The position numbers and the translations under genes are program-made. Positions 11,269 through 25,775 of a stretch of DNA of 64,000 nt are shown piece after piece. Origin of the DNA: Adineta vaga (Eukaryota; Animalia; Rotifera); assembly GCA_021613535.1 (NCBI GenBank), contig CP075494.1, forward strand, positions 10,974,001 through 11,038,000, in the 5' to 3' direction. The notes below the pieces were generated by a model, which was given only the letters and a program-made list of their open reading frames with translations, was not told the origin of the DNA and searched no databases. Position 1 is the stretch's first letter. Every line of letters begins with the position of its first letter.

Positions 11269-13948
11269 TCAGATTGTCAATTGAGTATCATCATCATCAT
11301 CATCATCTAAATATAACAAAACAAAGAATAGTATCTCTTTTGATTTGAAAATTTGAAGGAAATTTTTCTATAATAGTTAGAGATAATACCTTCGTCAGGA
11401 TTATTAGCCTGAGTCTTTTTCTTCTTGTTACGTTTATTTCGTTTTTTCTTAGATTTAGTTTCTAATGTTGTGGCTGATGATGATTGTGCACATTGTTGAA
11501 CATGATTCGATCGTTGTTTATGATTCGATTGTTTCCTTAACGATACTAATAAACGATATCGATCGGAATTACTTTGTTTTTCTACACGAAACTGTGTATA
11601 ATCAAGAAAAGCCAATGCAAAACGACGACAATTTATTGTTATAAGAAAATCATCAGCATATAAGAGAGAACGAGGTGTATCGATAGTATCTGTATTCGAA
11701 CTAGCACCTTCCATTTCAGCTAATGAGGACATTAAATTCTTGGCTGCACTACGAAGAAATTCCATATCACCATTATTATCCATATGTTCATCGAGTAATA
11801 AATCATCATCGTCAAAGTCAGATGGAAGATCGTGAAAATCATCTTCACTTTCGGTTAATTCATACGTAGCAATGGATTGTCGTGCGGAAGATGCAATAGA
11901 ATGTCGTTCCTCTTGGTTCGATGGCTTTTGTTCGATAAAAACTTCTGAAATTTATAGAACGCAGCTTTCTCATTTAGTTAAAAGAATAATTGAAATAAAC
12001 CTGGTTTTTGATCGAGATTCGGTGGTGGTGTTAACATAGGAATTGATAATTGAGACTTAACCGGTGAATCATTCTTCTGTATGGAAGCTGGTGGTGGTTC
12101 TTCTGAAATAATCATATTTGTTGAAAAAGATGTTTGCTGTTCCATTTGTCTTTGTTGTAAATAATTATGTAAATGTTGTAATGAATAGATACTAGTGTAA
12201 ATAGGTGTGATTTGAATCGAATTATTGAATGTTTTCTTTAATGATTGCATAAGATCTACGAATTAAATAGAAAAAAGAAGAATTCCTTCGATATAAACTA
12301 CTTACCATCATGAGAATAAAAATGTACAAAAGAACAATAAGAATATGATTTGATATGGAAAATTTTGATGTTATCGAATAATTTTCTAATTTCATCTTCG
12401 GAATAATCTTGATCATTATATTCGATAAATAATGTTTCTGGTAAATACAATTGAATACAATTAATCATTGATCCATCGCATTCAGGATGATTTCGAACAT
12501 TGGAGAGAATTTTTGAGAAATCTTTAAAATAAATAAGCATCATTCTCAATTGCTGAACATGATTTATCTTTTACCAATATCTTCCTTATATTCAACAACA
12601 ATGATCTGTTGATCGTTTTGATAATATGTAAAATGATTCTTCTTATAAGGTACTGAAACAGTATCAATGTATGATGCAATTCGCTTCGATCCCGGTAATA
12701 TATTTGAAAAACAAATATGTCGCATATCATTTATTTGATGAAGAAGTCGAGGTGTGAATGTAAAGGATTGAAATGTGACAGATCCATGAAGAGCAACACG
12801 ATCGGCAACTAGAATAAAGAGAAGAATTCTTAACAATAGGAAAGATTTCGTTTTTCTTACTTTCTGAATTTTGATAAAATACATGTGCAATACCTAAATG
12901 TTGATAGATTTTATGTGTTAACATTGGACCACCATTGGACTTGTTTTCATTGCTAAAAATAACCTCGATAAAATGTGTTTGAATGTCTTTGTCCGGTTGC
13001 CAACATATTTCAAGACCTTGATTAGCTGAAATAGATGAATGATAAATATACTGCATGAGTTTTGTTCCATCATTTGAATAGGAAACAAAAGAATATTGAA
13101 GTATATTAGTTTGAAGTTAGTCTAAAATCTTTATATTTCATGCGGTTTGCAGTTTTCTTATTCATCAAAAATCGACATCAAGGAACGTACAATTTTGTGA
13201 TACTATTGCTTGTTTTAGAAGAGTTTTTGAAGGCGCAACCAATCGATTGTTTATTTTCCATGATGAATTTCCATTAATTTGTGGTTTTGTTGTCATTCGC
13301 CACGTATTCATTGAAGACAATGATGATGGTGTAGAATTATTATTCGTTGGTACATTCCACATTGCTTGTTGTTCTCTTGATATACTATGATTGACTGAAT
13401 ATTTCTAAATAGATTCATTGTTACATGATCTCATCATTGTAATAGAAGGTTTTATATACTTTTGTTTGACAATAAACTCGAAAAGCTTTTGTTAATGCAT
13501 CTAAATCAAGATTGATCAATGATCCAAGTATATCTTCATGTTCTTTCTTAGTGATAAGATGTGAATATGGACAATTGTTCACTTGTTGACATGAATTTCC
13601 ATAGAAATAATCATAACATAGATGCAAATTTGTACATGTTCGATCTTTATTCTGACAATAACCATCAGTCCAAAGAGTTCGACATATTTCAAACTAGAAA
13701 TAAAAAAACCCAGTGAAAACATTCAAAGAAATAATTCTAATACAAACAGGCATAAAAAATTCAATTCGATTTTGATCTCGACTAATTTGAAATATTTCCA
13801 TGTAATTTTTAATACTAGCAATTATATATTTCGAATTCTTACATAATTGTCGTTCAAAACAATAATTATATAGAAAAGATACTTCAAATAAACATGTTTG
13901 TTGTTCAATACATAATCGTAGGATAGTATTAACAATATCAATATCCAT
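11269..13948 (-). CDS. Multi-exon protein with ZAP/PARP12-type tandem CCCH zinc fingers and PARP14/NMI-like RRM domains, no PARP domain
   Basis: Spliced ORFs give ICRTLWTDGYCQNKDRTCTNLHLCYDYFYGNSCQQVNNCPYSH and FIEVIFSNENKSNGGP..AHVFYQN, then further RRM-like segments and an acidic/basic tail ending DDDTQLTI*. Confidence 0.72.
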
Positions 13949-14256
13949 TGTATTTATTTAGTATCAAGGACAATATTTTGTATTATTCTCTATTGTGTTC
14001 AATTCAATTTCTTCTAAAAGAGAATTGAAAGATTTTTTCGACCAATACGCATTAAACATTCAAAATGTCGCTATTTAACAAAAACCAAGAACAGATTTCG
14101 ACTCTAATCGATTCTCACCAAAAATCATTCCTTTTAGTAGTTGAATTCAGTAGTAATTGATGTATTATTAATTGATTTCTATAGCATCAAGTTTATTAAA
14201 TATAAAATAATGAACGAAGGAAAAAAAATAATAAACGCAAACAAAATTTATCACAA

Positions 14257-15416
14257 TTATCTTTGAAAATTAACGTTATAAGAACCAGTTGATGGATCTT
14301 GTTGAAGTTTGAAATTATTTGTTGATAAACCAAATGGTTTTAATATCATATTTCCCAAATCTTTTAATTTACCTAAATAAAAATAGAAAAAATTCAGTTT
14401 TTTCGTTCTAAAGAATCTCATCAGGACATACCTAACATTTCTTCTTTTAATTTCTCATTACGTTCTTTGATTTGATCGGGTAAAATCTAAACAAATCAAA
14501 AAAGAGCATTTCTTTACGTCAAAGCGAAACGAACAAATTTACATAAACTTCTCGTCTTGCTTGAGCATTACTTGAATCAAGTTCAAGAATTTTTTGATAA
14601 TCTTGTAATGCTTCTTCTAATTTATCAATTTGTTTATAAGAATCCGCACGACGTATATATGGTTTTACATACGTTGAATCAAGTTCAATTGATTTGGTAC
14701 AAGATTGAACAGCAGCTTCATATTTTTCCTAAAAAACACGATCATTAGTCTCCCTTTCGACAAAAAACTCTTTCGTTTACCATTTTCATTAAACATGCAG
14801 CACGATTTGCATAAATAACTGCACGATCACGTGTATATTTCATTGGACAAAATGAAATAGCATTGCTGTATTTTTCTAATGCTTGATCGTATTCTCCCCG
14901 ACCAAATAGATCATTACCTTCATCTTTCGATGTTTGGGATTCTGTATGACGTTTCTAGGCATACAAAAAAATCAATATGAATATTCTAAAGAAAACAAAA
15001 TTACTTCTTTATCTTCTTCTGTAAGAAGTGCTTCGCGTTCAACGAGTAATTCTTCATCAATAAAGTATGGATCTTCTAAAAGGACGAAGAAAAATATTTG
15101 ATAGAATGTGATTTATTGAAAGAAGCAACTTACCGGGTGTTTTCTTTTGCGGCTTTTCTTCTGTAGATAATTGTGAATTTAAACGATTATGTAAAAGATC
15201 AGCTTCAGTATTTGTTTCTGATGGAGAGGATTGATTTTGAAGAAATTCTGTATCGTGTGTATCGTGTGCATCGAAAAATTCATGATTATTGATCTCGTCT
15301 TTGCCATCATCATCATCATCGCTTGATTCGTTCCATTGAGGATGATTATGGATTGTTTGAGCTGTTTCCCATTGATCACGTTCTTCGTCGTCTTTTTTTA
15401 TAGTTGAAGATGCCAT
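14257..15416 (-). CDS. TTC1: Tetratricopeptide repeat protein 1
   Basis: Acidic N-terminus, TPRs ([23 protein letters not shown]; [11 protein letters not shown]; [10 protein letters not shown]) and the characteristic C-terminus [36 protein letters not shown]. Confidence 0.9.
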
Positions 15417-15637
15417 CTGAAGTGATGAAAGAAAAATAAACATATATTTAGATTTTCATTGGGCTCTTTATTTTTCTGCTAAATGTATATAACAAACAAG
15501 ACATCAATAAGCAAAAACAGTGAGATAGAGAAAGAATAGATTACGCAACTGTCTTCGTTTTAGAAATTATATCATGTTATATTCATAGATACACATAGAC
15601 AACAGGAAAAAAAAAACTCTCCGAGTTTGTATTTTAT

Positions 15638-16701
15638 TTATGATTGTGGTAAATTCGCCGGTGGACATTTGAATGCAAAATCGGCTGGAAATAATTCGGC
15701 TGCTTTTGGTAACATTATCTTGTAAATCTGTCGAATGGTACTTTCCATAACACCGGCTGCAACTTGAATTTCTTTCATAGGTTTTCGTTCACCAGCAGCA
15801 GCACATGCCATATATATAGATGCGCCTGCAATTGAATCTGGTGCACGACTTTGAATATCGCATAATTCTTTGGCACGTTCAGCAATGTATACAGCAGTTT
15901 TTTGTATAAGATTTTCTTGACGAAGTTCGAGATGATTACAAAATCGAGGCACCAAGTTTTTGATATCAATCGATTCCGGACGATTCGAATTCGGTAAGTT
16001 TTGAACAATTTGTTTGAAACATCGACCAATATCTTTCTTCGATGCACTGGTTGAGATTGCACAAATTTCTTATGACAGAAAACAGTAATTATATGCAAAT
16101 ATGCTTTTCATATTTTTACCTTTGATGGTACGTTGTGCACCTTCTTGTCTACAAGCAATATAGATACATGTTGCTACAATGGCATCTTGTGAACGACCTC
16201 GTACGCATTTATTTTCATAGCATTGTTTAAATAATGAAAAAGCTCGATTAATAATTCGACTCGATAAATTAATACGTCCTGCCATTTGTCGAATAGCATC
16301 ATAGCCACTTCGTAATGCTTTATCAGCTGAAGACATCTGTCGTGGTCCATTACTATACTTTTGTTTACCAAATTCATCAAGTGCACCTGAACCTGTACCT
16401 AATGACATGACCGTTTCAAGATTATCACTACCAAATAAAGGATTTTCAGCAGCTCCAACACGACTCATATCTTTCGTTTCTTTGTCATTCGAAAATGTTC
16501 GCCATTCTGATCCAACATCAACCATTCGATCTCCAACGACTAAACCACATTCTGGGCAAACCATGTCACCTGCACGATAATCTTCAACTAAAGTTGCTTC
16601 CGGATGAAACCGACATGCTAATTGTTTGACGTATCTAAACAAAAGTAAAACCAGGTTATATTTCATCGAAAGAATTCGTTTTATTTCATTTACCGTGACA
16701 T
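15638..16701 (-). CDS. GTF2B: Transcription initiation factor IIB; exons 16701-16694, 16634-16120, 16068-15638
   Basis: Zn ribbon CRFHP..DYRAGDMVCPECG, B-reader VDVGSEWRTFSND, cyclin repeats (RGRSQDAI..CIYIACRQEG; RAPDSIAGASIYMA). Confidence 0.97.
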
Positions 16702-17322
16702 ATTTTGACTATTACCACTTGTTAAATCTAGAATTAAAAAAGACACAATTAAACAAGAAGACAAAGAAGCAAGATTTTCCATCATGTCAATCTTTTGTAT
16801 ATATATTTTTTCTTTTCTTTCAAAATGTACAAAAAAAAAACAACAAAACAAACAAAATACTGACTTTTCTTCTTCTCCTTCTTCTTTCTTCGAACAATTT
16901 GAAATGATGAGAAAGATCAAAAATGACAACGATGGATAGTATATATATATATATGTATATATGTATAGAGTTTTTTCTTAGTAAGAATAGATAAGCACAA
17001 AAGGAACGAAATAATCAACAAGAGCAGGAAAGAACAAAAAGAAAGATAATGAAATAAGGAATGAATAAAATCAAACAAACAAACATACATATTTCATAAA
17101 TAGACATACCTTATTCGGCTAGTCTACACACGAAAGGGAGAGAGAGAGAGAAGAGGAGGAAGAAAACAAATAAGACTTATCACACAATATATGTGCAGTT
17201 AGAATATGAGCCTTGAAATCATTTATCACAGGATTGACCACCAATATGTAATGCTTTCATTTGGTTTTTTTAATAAGGTGCTAATCCATCAATTGAAATT
17301 AATATTCTCTTTTCTTTTTGTT

Positions 17323-17356
17323 CTAAGAGAAAATATTTCGATTATTGTTATTGTTA

Positions 17357-17388
<32 letters not shown>

Positions 17389-20300
17389 GTGGTTATGATT
17401 AATGTTGTTTCGATTTTGATAGTAATCTCGACGATTATTTTGTGGCGGACCACGTCGAAAATGATGTTCTCTACTGTTCTCACGAGAAGATGACATTGAA
17501 TGATCATGATGGTTATTATTATTATTGTGATTGTGATTGTGATTGTTTGGATGATTAGGTCGTGTTTGTTGACCACCAATAGCGGAAACAAAACGAACTG
17601 ATGGTGTTTTAGAATTCATTGATGAAGGTGGAACTGTATTGATCATTGGATTAGTGAGATTTGGTGGTGGTTGTTGTGGTGTATTAAACGTTGCTGGCGA
17701 TGGTGGCGCTTGAAAGAGTGTAGGATCTAAAAAGAAAAAGAGAGATTATGAAGAATTGTATGTTTAATGTGAAGTGTCGACTTACTGCCCGTTGGTGGTG
17801 GTGGTATGCCTAAGGTTAAAGCATTAGCAATTAATTGTGTTAATGGAAATGTCGGTGGTGGTGGTAGGTTGAAATTTATTGGAAGATTTGGTATAAGATT
17901 AGCTATGGAATTCGGTGGTGGAACTAAAATGATATAATTATAATTTAATTGCTGTTTGGAAAAGAAATGATATTCAAGATGTTAAATAACTATTTGAAGA
18001 ATTCATCGGATAAAGGTTGACATTCTTACCGTTTGCTGTTTCATTTCCCATCGTCCTTGTAGCATTAAGTAATACTGATAGAAAATTAGGTGGTGCAGAT
18101 AAAGTAGGTGTTGCTGATACCGTTGAATTTGGTAATGGCATTACTGTTGCTGCTACTGCGGCTGTTGTTGCTGGAGTAGTTGTAATTGTTGTGGACGGAT
18201 TAATTGATGCATTCGTCGTTGAAAGATTAGTTGCAGTTGCTGATGTTAAATTTCCTTTTGCTTGTGCGAGAATTAGAGCAACTTCAGGTGATGCATCTCC
18301 AAATGAAAATGACGAAAGACTCGGAGTAACTGTAGTACTTGTTGACGTAAGGTTTGTTAAAACTAAAGGTATAGTTGGTGCTGCTGTTGTCGTATTATTG
18401 TTATTTACTGATGTTACTTTGCTCGATACAGATGATGATGTATCCTATAGACATACATACATATATATATACAGATACATAGAAATTTCAAAGAATTTAT
18501 TATTATGAAAAACACAAACAAAGTCCATATCGTTTGAGAAGATATACGCGAGCTTTTATTACTATTTTTTCGTTTTATTCTTACATCTTCAAGTGGTATC
18601 ACTTTGGGTTCACTTCGTTCAATATTGTTAGTACCAATCGGATCTCCATCTGGTTCACCTGGCGTATCAGGTAGAAATGAACGAATAAAAAGTGCCTGTA
18701 AAACAGTTTTTTCACGTTCTTCTTGCACAAATCGTTCCTGAGAAACGATTTGAGGTACTTGAATCGAATCAGGTAATAAAATTTTTATTAATGCTGGTAA
18801 TGGTGTTGAATATTGTTTATCATCGTTATCATTTGAATTCATATCTTGCGCACCTCGTCGTTTACGTAAATCACGTTCCATGACTTTTTCAAGCTGTGCT
18901 ATCGAGATATTTGCTGCACATGTACGTGCAAATACATGCATCTCAGACAGTTCAGAATCATCAACTTCAAAAAATGATGTATGAACAAGTGACTGATTTT
19001 TTTCATCAGCCCAAATCACTTTCTTTTTTACTACTTTCTTTACACCCGGTTCACTTAAATTACTTTTTATAACTGTATCTAAAAAAAGAAGCAAAAACCG
19101 ATATAAAAAGACATACGAATTAAAGAATCATTTTTTACAATACCTTTATTTAGTTCGTCAGGTTTTGGACTAACTATAGGCTGACTATCGGATATATTCA
19201 CTGCTTCATCATCGACGGTCATCGGCGGAGAAGACTAGAATGAAAAAGAAAAACATTTGAAAATGTCACATGACTGGCGCATAAGAGAAATGAATGGATA
19301 AGTTCTAAAATACTGTATTTGATTTGAATTCTCACCTATACACTCAACATGATATTCAAATAATCCGACTTTTAATGTCAATACTCTACACTACACTACA
19401 CTACACATGATGGAACTCATTGATAATTGCCGACAGTGCAATTATCTTTAATAACGCATAGACGTCAACGGTATGTTTGTCCTTGACAAAACTCAAGATT
19501 GTTATTTGGATGACCTCGAGTAAGATTATAATATTAAAAAGTGTTTTGTTTTCTCACCCTTGACTGTCCCATATTGTGTACTCGCATATCAGTATCTTCG
19601 AGAGAATTCTGCGGTACTTCATTCGATTTCAATCGTTTTCGTTCTTTGTATTGACTTAAAGAAAACTTTCGTTTTCCTTGCTGAGAATTCAAATCATCAC
19701 TCGATTGTCGATTTAATGGAACATTAGTTTTGCTTGGTTGAGTCGCCGCCGGAGGACTTTCTATTGACTCCGAGGGTGGAGATGATATACCAGTATTTGG
19801 CCTGAAATAAAAACAAAACAAATGAATAAACTTGAATACGCATGCAGGTAATGGGCAGAAAAAAGCACACGTAGAAAATCGATCGACAAAGTCCGTCATT
19901 GCATTGAACATTGAATACTTAAATTTTTGTGAATCATCTTGTTTTAATATGTGTTTTTATTTCTTCATAGCATCGAAATTACATAAGAAAAACGAATGAT
20001 CTATCAGACAAAAACTACCTACCGTTTAGATGTTCTTTTTCTTTACTAGAGAAGAAAAAAAAAGGAACGCTTGACCCTTATCACCATGTGATTGCTTCCT
20101 AAAAATCAAAACTTATCTGCACATCATTGAGAAAGGAAAAATGAAAAAAAAAACAACAACATATTGACAGTTCAATACAAGAAAAATAAAAATCATGAAA
20201 AGAATAAAATGATCAAATAAAAGACAAAAATAAAAATAGATGACAATAACAATAACACACGGACTTTATCGATCGATGAATCTTTTTCTTTTCGAATTTT

Positions 20301-22087
20301 ATTAAACCTAAAAGAGAACAAAGAAAAGGTCGAGTACCTACCTTCCTAATTTAGGTATACGAAATGTTGGTGTCGATCGATTCAATGAATTCGTTTTATT
20401 TAAACCATCACTATTATCATCTAGTTCAATTGCTGTTTTCATTTTTGATGAATCACTTTGTAATGGTGCCGAAACACGTCGATGTGTCGGTTTTCTATTT
20501 GTTGATGGTCCTATATTCTCTTCACTTTTTCGTTTGTTACTATCTGTACTATTATTATTATTACTACTACTACTACTACTAGTGTTTGTCACTGGCGTAG
20601 CAACGGCAGTCAAAGTAACGGTTGTTGCCATTTTTTTATCATTGAAAAGAGATGTATTAGGATTTGAAGAAAGCAATGTTCGTTCGTTTTGAATGGACTT
20701 TGAAGATGTCAATGAATGTTGATCAGCAGAAAGCACTGATTGAGAGGTGGATGGAAGTTCTATGAATAGAAACATAATCTTTATTATTTCGTGTAAATGA
20801 AAGAAATAACTTACCAGAAGAAAAAGGTTCGACAATATCAAGTTGAGATGAATGAATATCTATGGTTTTGAAGAGTTCTTTGGACGACCAAATGTCGTAC
20901 AAATGACGAGCACTTTCACGAATATCTACAAGAAATGAAACAATATGAATGAACTATTCGAACGAGCTAGATTTGTTGTAAGAAAAAAAAAAGAGCGCTA
21001 AACAACTTAATTTCGTTATCATCAATATCATCCCACACATACGATATCTCGCCCACTAGGAAACCACGCAGCTTTTATTTTTAACTTCAAAGAACTAAAT
21101 CATAACTTGCATCCTCCACGATTTCTTCTTTCAAATAATTCGTTTCGCTTTGTGATTTAACAGTAAATCGTTGATTAAACATAACGAAGACGCGCATCGA
21201 ATGAGCAATAGAACGTTAGTTAGTCTCATAGAAAGATGCAAAAAAAAACGATTCAAGCATGACTCTTTCTCATTCTTCGTTCATATCGCAGCGTTTTGAT
21301 AAATATCAACTTGTTGTGATCTATATATGTATATGTACATGCGAATCTTGATGCCAAAAAACGAAATCTCTTTTCTTTTCTTTTTTTGTAAAAAATAATT
21401 TAATTCATATAATTTGTTGAAATTAGTTTTTTTTTGTCTTTTCTTTTTCATTTGATATTTATACCAAAAACACTGACCCTTTTCTTTCCCTGACTCAGCC
21501 GATGCAAGTTCGGCTATTTTGAGCTGAAGCTCGTCGATATCATTCTGTGAAATAGTATTCAAATTGAATGGTAAATGGCCTAATATATTTAATGTATCGA
21601 GAAGAAATGCACGATTATGTTCACTACTAAAATGTGAAAGCCATTTGATTAAAATTTGATGTCCATCGCTTTTTAAAAACCTAGAAAAATGTAAAAGTGA
21701 TATATTTCATTATGTATGTGTTATTTTTTCTTCAAATTATATTTCGTATAAATAGAAAGAAAAATGAATTTTACATACGTGTTTAAGATCTCTTCAGATT
21801 GAGTATGACTTAGAATTTGTAAATAGATCGCTTTATTCACTAGTTTTTCGGCTAATTTCATTAATCTAAAGATTATATGACGGATATACGAAACCATTTC
21901 GACGAAGTAAAATCAAAACATACGTAATAAATTGTCGAACAACTCGGTCGTTTTTTAAACCACCATTCTTATCTAATAAATAGACGATTGTATTAAGTAA
22001 AACATTTGGATCCACAGGAGCCTAACAATGAATTTAATTTGTATAATTGAATTTTCTAAAAGAATATTCTTTTCATTTCGTTACCAT
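17323..22087 (-). CDS. PPP1R10: PNUTS/PPP1R10-like PP1 nuclear regulatory subunit, multi-exon
   Basis: N-terminal TFIIS-N-like domain (MAPVDPNVLLN..LMKLAEKLVNKAIYLQIL..GHQILIKWL..LGHLP), PP1-docking motif KKKVIWADEKNQSLVHTSFFEVD, QEEREKTVLQALF..PDTPGEPD..PKVIPLED, Pro-rich and Asn-rich tail. Confidence 0.85.
17340..17400 (-). repeat. (AAT/AAC)n trinucleotide repeat encoding poly-Asn at the PNUTS C-terminus
   Basis: TTATTG/TTATTA run on the + strand within the last coding exon. Confidence 0.85.
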
Positions 22088-25000
22088 TTTATCTGACCAA
22101 TTGACTAAGATGTAAATCTAGAAATACGAGCGAGTGTTATTCGATAGAACAGAACCATGTAAATGTCGACGAGAAGTTGGCCAACATTGAAAAAAAACTA
22201 CGAACAAATAACAACGGCTCCTACTCTACGGCTTGTCGTGTCGACGATGAATGATGGAGATGGAGAGAAAGAGAGAAGAAACGAAGAAAAAAGAAGAAGA
22301 GAGGAGAAAGGGGTGGCTTGATCGCACCCGCTCGCTTAAACGGACGAACAACTAAGAGAAAAAAATCAACTCTTTTCTTTTTTTTTCTTCTCCTTCTTCT
22401 TCTTCTTCTGTCTTACTGTAGGCGGTAGAGGTTCGTCTGCAGAGTAAGTATACCGAACGTTGCCGTTTTTATCCTCTTGTATCCTATCATACACAAGAAG
22501 AAAAAAAAGACTATATTTGACATTATCATGTGAACGTATGCAATGTATCTATAGATCGCTTGTCAGTTATCATTACAAATGTAAGAGACAAAAAAAATTG
22601 GACACGCATCGTATTTGAATAACAAACAGTAACATTCAATTCTTATATATAGAAATCGTTCGAAACGTCTAAATGACAAGAATTTCAAGTTGCTCTTTTC
22701 TTTTTATCCTAATTCAAGCAGAACATAACCTGTTATTAGTATATGAAGTTTGATGTCATTTACCAAAAAATGATCATTTGTTATGAAGAAAAAAAAAGCG
22801 ATTTTTTTTTGAGAAATAAATCAAATACATAGAAAAAAAAGACGAAAAGATTCTTTTTACAAACTGATCATGGATTGCCAAAGATGATCCTAAAAGAAAA
22901 TATATTTCATCATCAAATCATCATTGACAATGCTAAATAATTGTTATCCATACAATACAATCATCAGATCGATTGACCAAGCAAGAAAAAAGAAACACAT
23001 AATGATATGTCCTAGATAAAGCATAAATGGAAGCTGTCTACGAGTCGGTGATGTTGATTTACAATTTTTCATCCTGATTTAAGTGAATTGTAGAAAACGA
23101 GATGAATTCATTTGTGCAAGAACGATACATGTGCCACTAAAAACAATATTCAGTGAAAGTAACTTCTTGAAATCAGAAACATCTCTCCTAAAAATCAAAT
23201 GAAGAAATTGATTTTTTAATTATCACATTTGTTGATTGTATATAATGAAATTTTTGTTAATATTCATTGATAATAAGAACCTTGTACTGAATGTTTTTCA
23301 TTTGAAATGAACACATTTATATCTGAAAAATAAATTATATTGATTAGTCTGAAGGAAAGAGATTGGTTCTAAATTCAAGGTCAAAGAAAACTTGACTGTG
23401 TCAAAGAATTAAAAGAATACTTCGATCTTTGTATAGCATTTCAAAATAGACAATAGCAATGGTAAAACAATTACTACTTAGCTCATTATTTCTCTAATTC
23501 GAACATTTCAAAGAAAATGTTGTTACCGTACAAATAACTCCTATATAATCATGAATAATATCGTTAGCAACCGAATCACAAGATTTTCAAATATATAATT
23601 TCTGAAACGCATAATCTAACTGAACTTCAATAGTAGACGAAACATTTTTAGTACGATAATTTCAAATATAAGATTAGAATACATCCCTCTATCATTCCGA
23701 AATTTTCTGTTTGTTTATTCTAACATCTCAAAAATAAAAGTTTACTCAGTGAATACTCTATTCTAAACTGTCAATGTCTTCTCAACCATACGTCTATTTA
23801 TATTGTCATTACCTAAATCAATGTATTGAAATTGATTAAACTAAAAAATTTCAATAATAACAAGTTTATTCGATCGATTCATATGTTTCATTTAATCATC
23901 GATATTTTCCAGAAAAATTTTGCTGATCTAAAATACAAAATAATCAATAAACTATGATTTGAAAAAACAATCGTCCGAATATTTACATCACATGTTTTTT
24001 TTTAATTGTTTTGTGTTGTGTTTTCTCTCGTTTCTTTATCATATCTACCATTTTGTTTCGATGTCTTAATTGTTTATCTTTTGCGAAGGTCAATATTAAT
24101 TGAAATATCTATTCTCTTTTATATTGATATTCTTTTGGAAAAATTTATATATTTCTCCAAATGATGAATGTATTCGATTGAAATATTTCTGATAAACAAA
24201 GTGCATAAGTGTGTTAAATATTTAAATGAGTCATGTTAAGAAGTGACCAATCAAATGACTTATCACATTTTGATTATCATATTATTATGATTCTTTTTTT
24301 TCTTGTCAAAAGAGGACGTTATATATTTTTTTTCTCCTTTCTCCTCTATTTTATTTTTAAGGAACATGAGATTTTTCTTTGATATTTTGTTGTTGAACAA
24401 ACATACTTCAGCATGATTCTGTTGTGTACTTGTCTTCGTACATTTTCTTCATATGATTTATTTACTGTTCTTTTCGAATAGTCAAGTTTACTGATCGATT
24501 GAGAAGATAAATAAAAAGTTTATTTCTTCTTCTTCTTTTCTATCTCTATAAATAGTCGATTTCAGGAGTGTTAATTAGCATACGTTGAAGATTTGTTATC
24601 ATTTCATACGTTCTCCTCTTATTTCATCATCATTGTCATCGTAATTACTTTTGCTTTCGCTAATACATCGAGATATGTTTCTCTTCTCTAGTCGACTCTT
24701 TCTGTCATGAATGTGTAAATGCTTTTCAACGACTTCTTTTTCCTTTCTCTTAAGTCTTCATTTCTTTCTGAAAAAGAAAATTATTTACTTCTCACACATT
24801 TTATAGAATCTAGAATCTTCCTAATCGATCTCACCTTTCTTCTCGTCAAACATTTTTACGTCTTCTCATTACTGATTAGCATTTTTATACATTATTCATT
24901 GTTCATAATATACTCGTATAATTAGAAGAAAGAAACATGACTATTCGCGATTTAACAAAATTATTTTTGAAGATATCGATTTACGTTTAATCTCATTATC

Positions 25001-25741
25001 TTTTCTATCATCAATCCTTTTGTCTTTGCACGATTACATACATTCACACCTGAATCGTATCTTTCAAAAATTGTCTGCCGATGGGAATGAAAAATATGCT
25101 CTTAGGTCAACATGAAGAGTGTTCATTTTTTTTTAATAATAATAGCGATTTGTGTGCTCTGACGTGCAGATGAGTAGGTATGCGAGCGTGTGGATGTAAG
25201 TAGAAACGAGCGAACGATGCGATGAAAGTGACACTTGAGGAGTTCGGCTAGCTTGCGAGCTGACTGACTTGATTAAATCAAAATAAAGCAACGAACATAC
25301 ACACACTCACTCATATATTTATGTAGACATACAGAATAATAGACTAAGAGAAAAAGAAGAATAGATTCAAACATTTATAAACGACGCCAATTGGTCGTAC
25401 TCTTCATAGCAGCCAAGAATAACTAAAAGAAAGAAAAGTAGTTGAACAGACAACATAACACAATCCGTTTAACATTTCATCTTTTTACACACACATATAT
25501 ACAACATCATCTTCTTCTTCATTCTTTTCATTCATGCATGATTCCATTTGCTTTTAACAATCATAGACTTCGAAATGAGATTGAGAGACTACTCAAAGAT
25601 TTGCACTACTGCATTATTAAACTTGTTTTCTTCGTCTTTTGTTAGTTCTCATTCAAGCATTGTATTGCACGCTCGTACGCTTTCCACTACTATTATTATC
25701 AATCTTCGCTCGTTTCTATTTCTATTCTTCCTCTTCACTTC

Positions 25742-25744
<3 letters not shown>

Positions 25745-25773
<29 letters not shown>
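25745..25773. repeat. (TA)n microsatellite
   Basis: Uninterrupted TA run in the PNUTS-Groucho intergenic region. Confidence 0.9.

Positions 25774-25775
<2 letters not shown>

Noticed and set aside
17206-17591. Poly-Ile hydrophobic ORFs that look like membrane proteins
   Set aside because: Alternate-frame or antisense readings of the AAT repeat in PNUTS.
18017-18508. 163-aa + strand ORF rich in Val/Ala/Gly
   Set aside because: Antisense shadow of a Thr/Pro/Ser-rich PNUTS exon.
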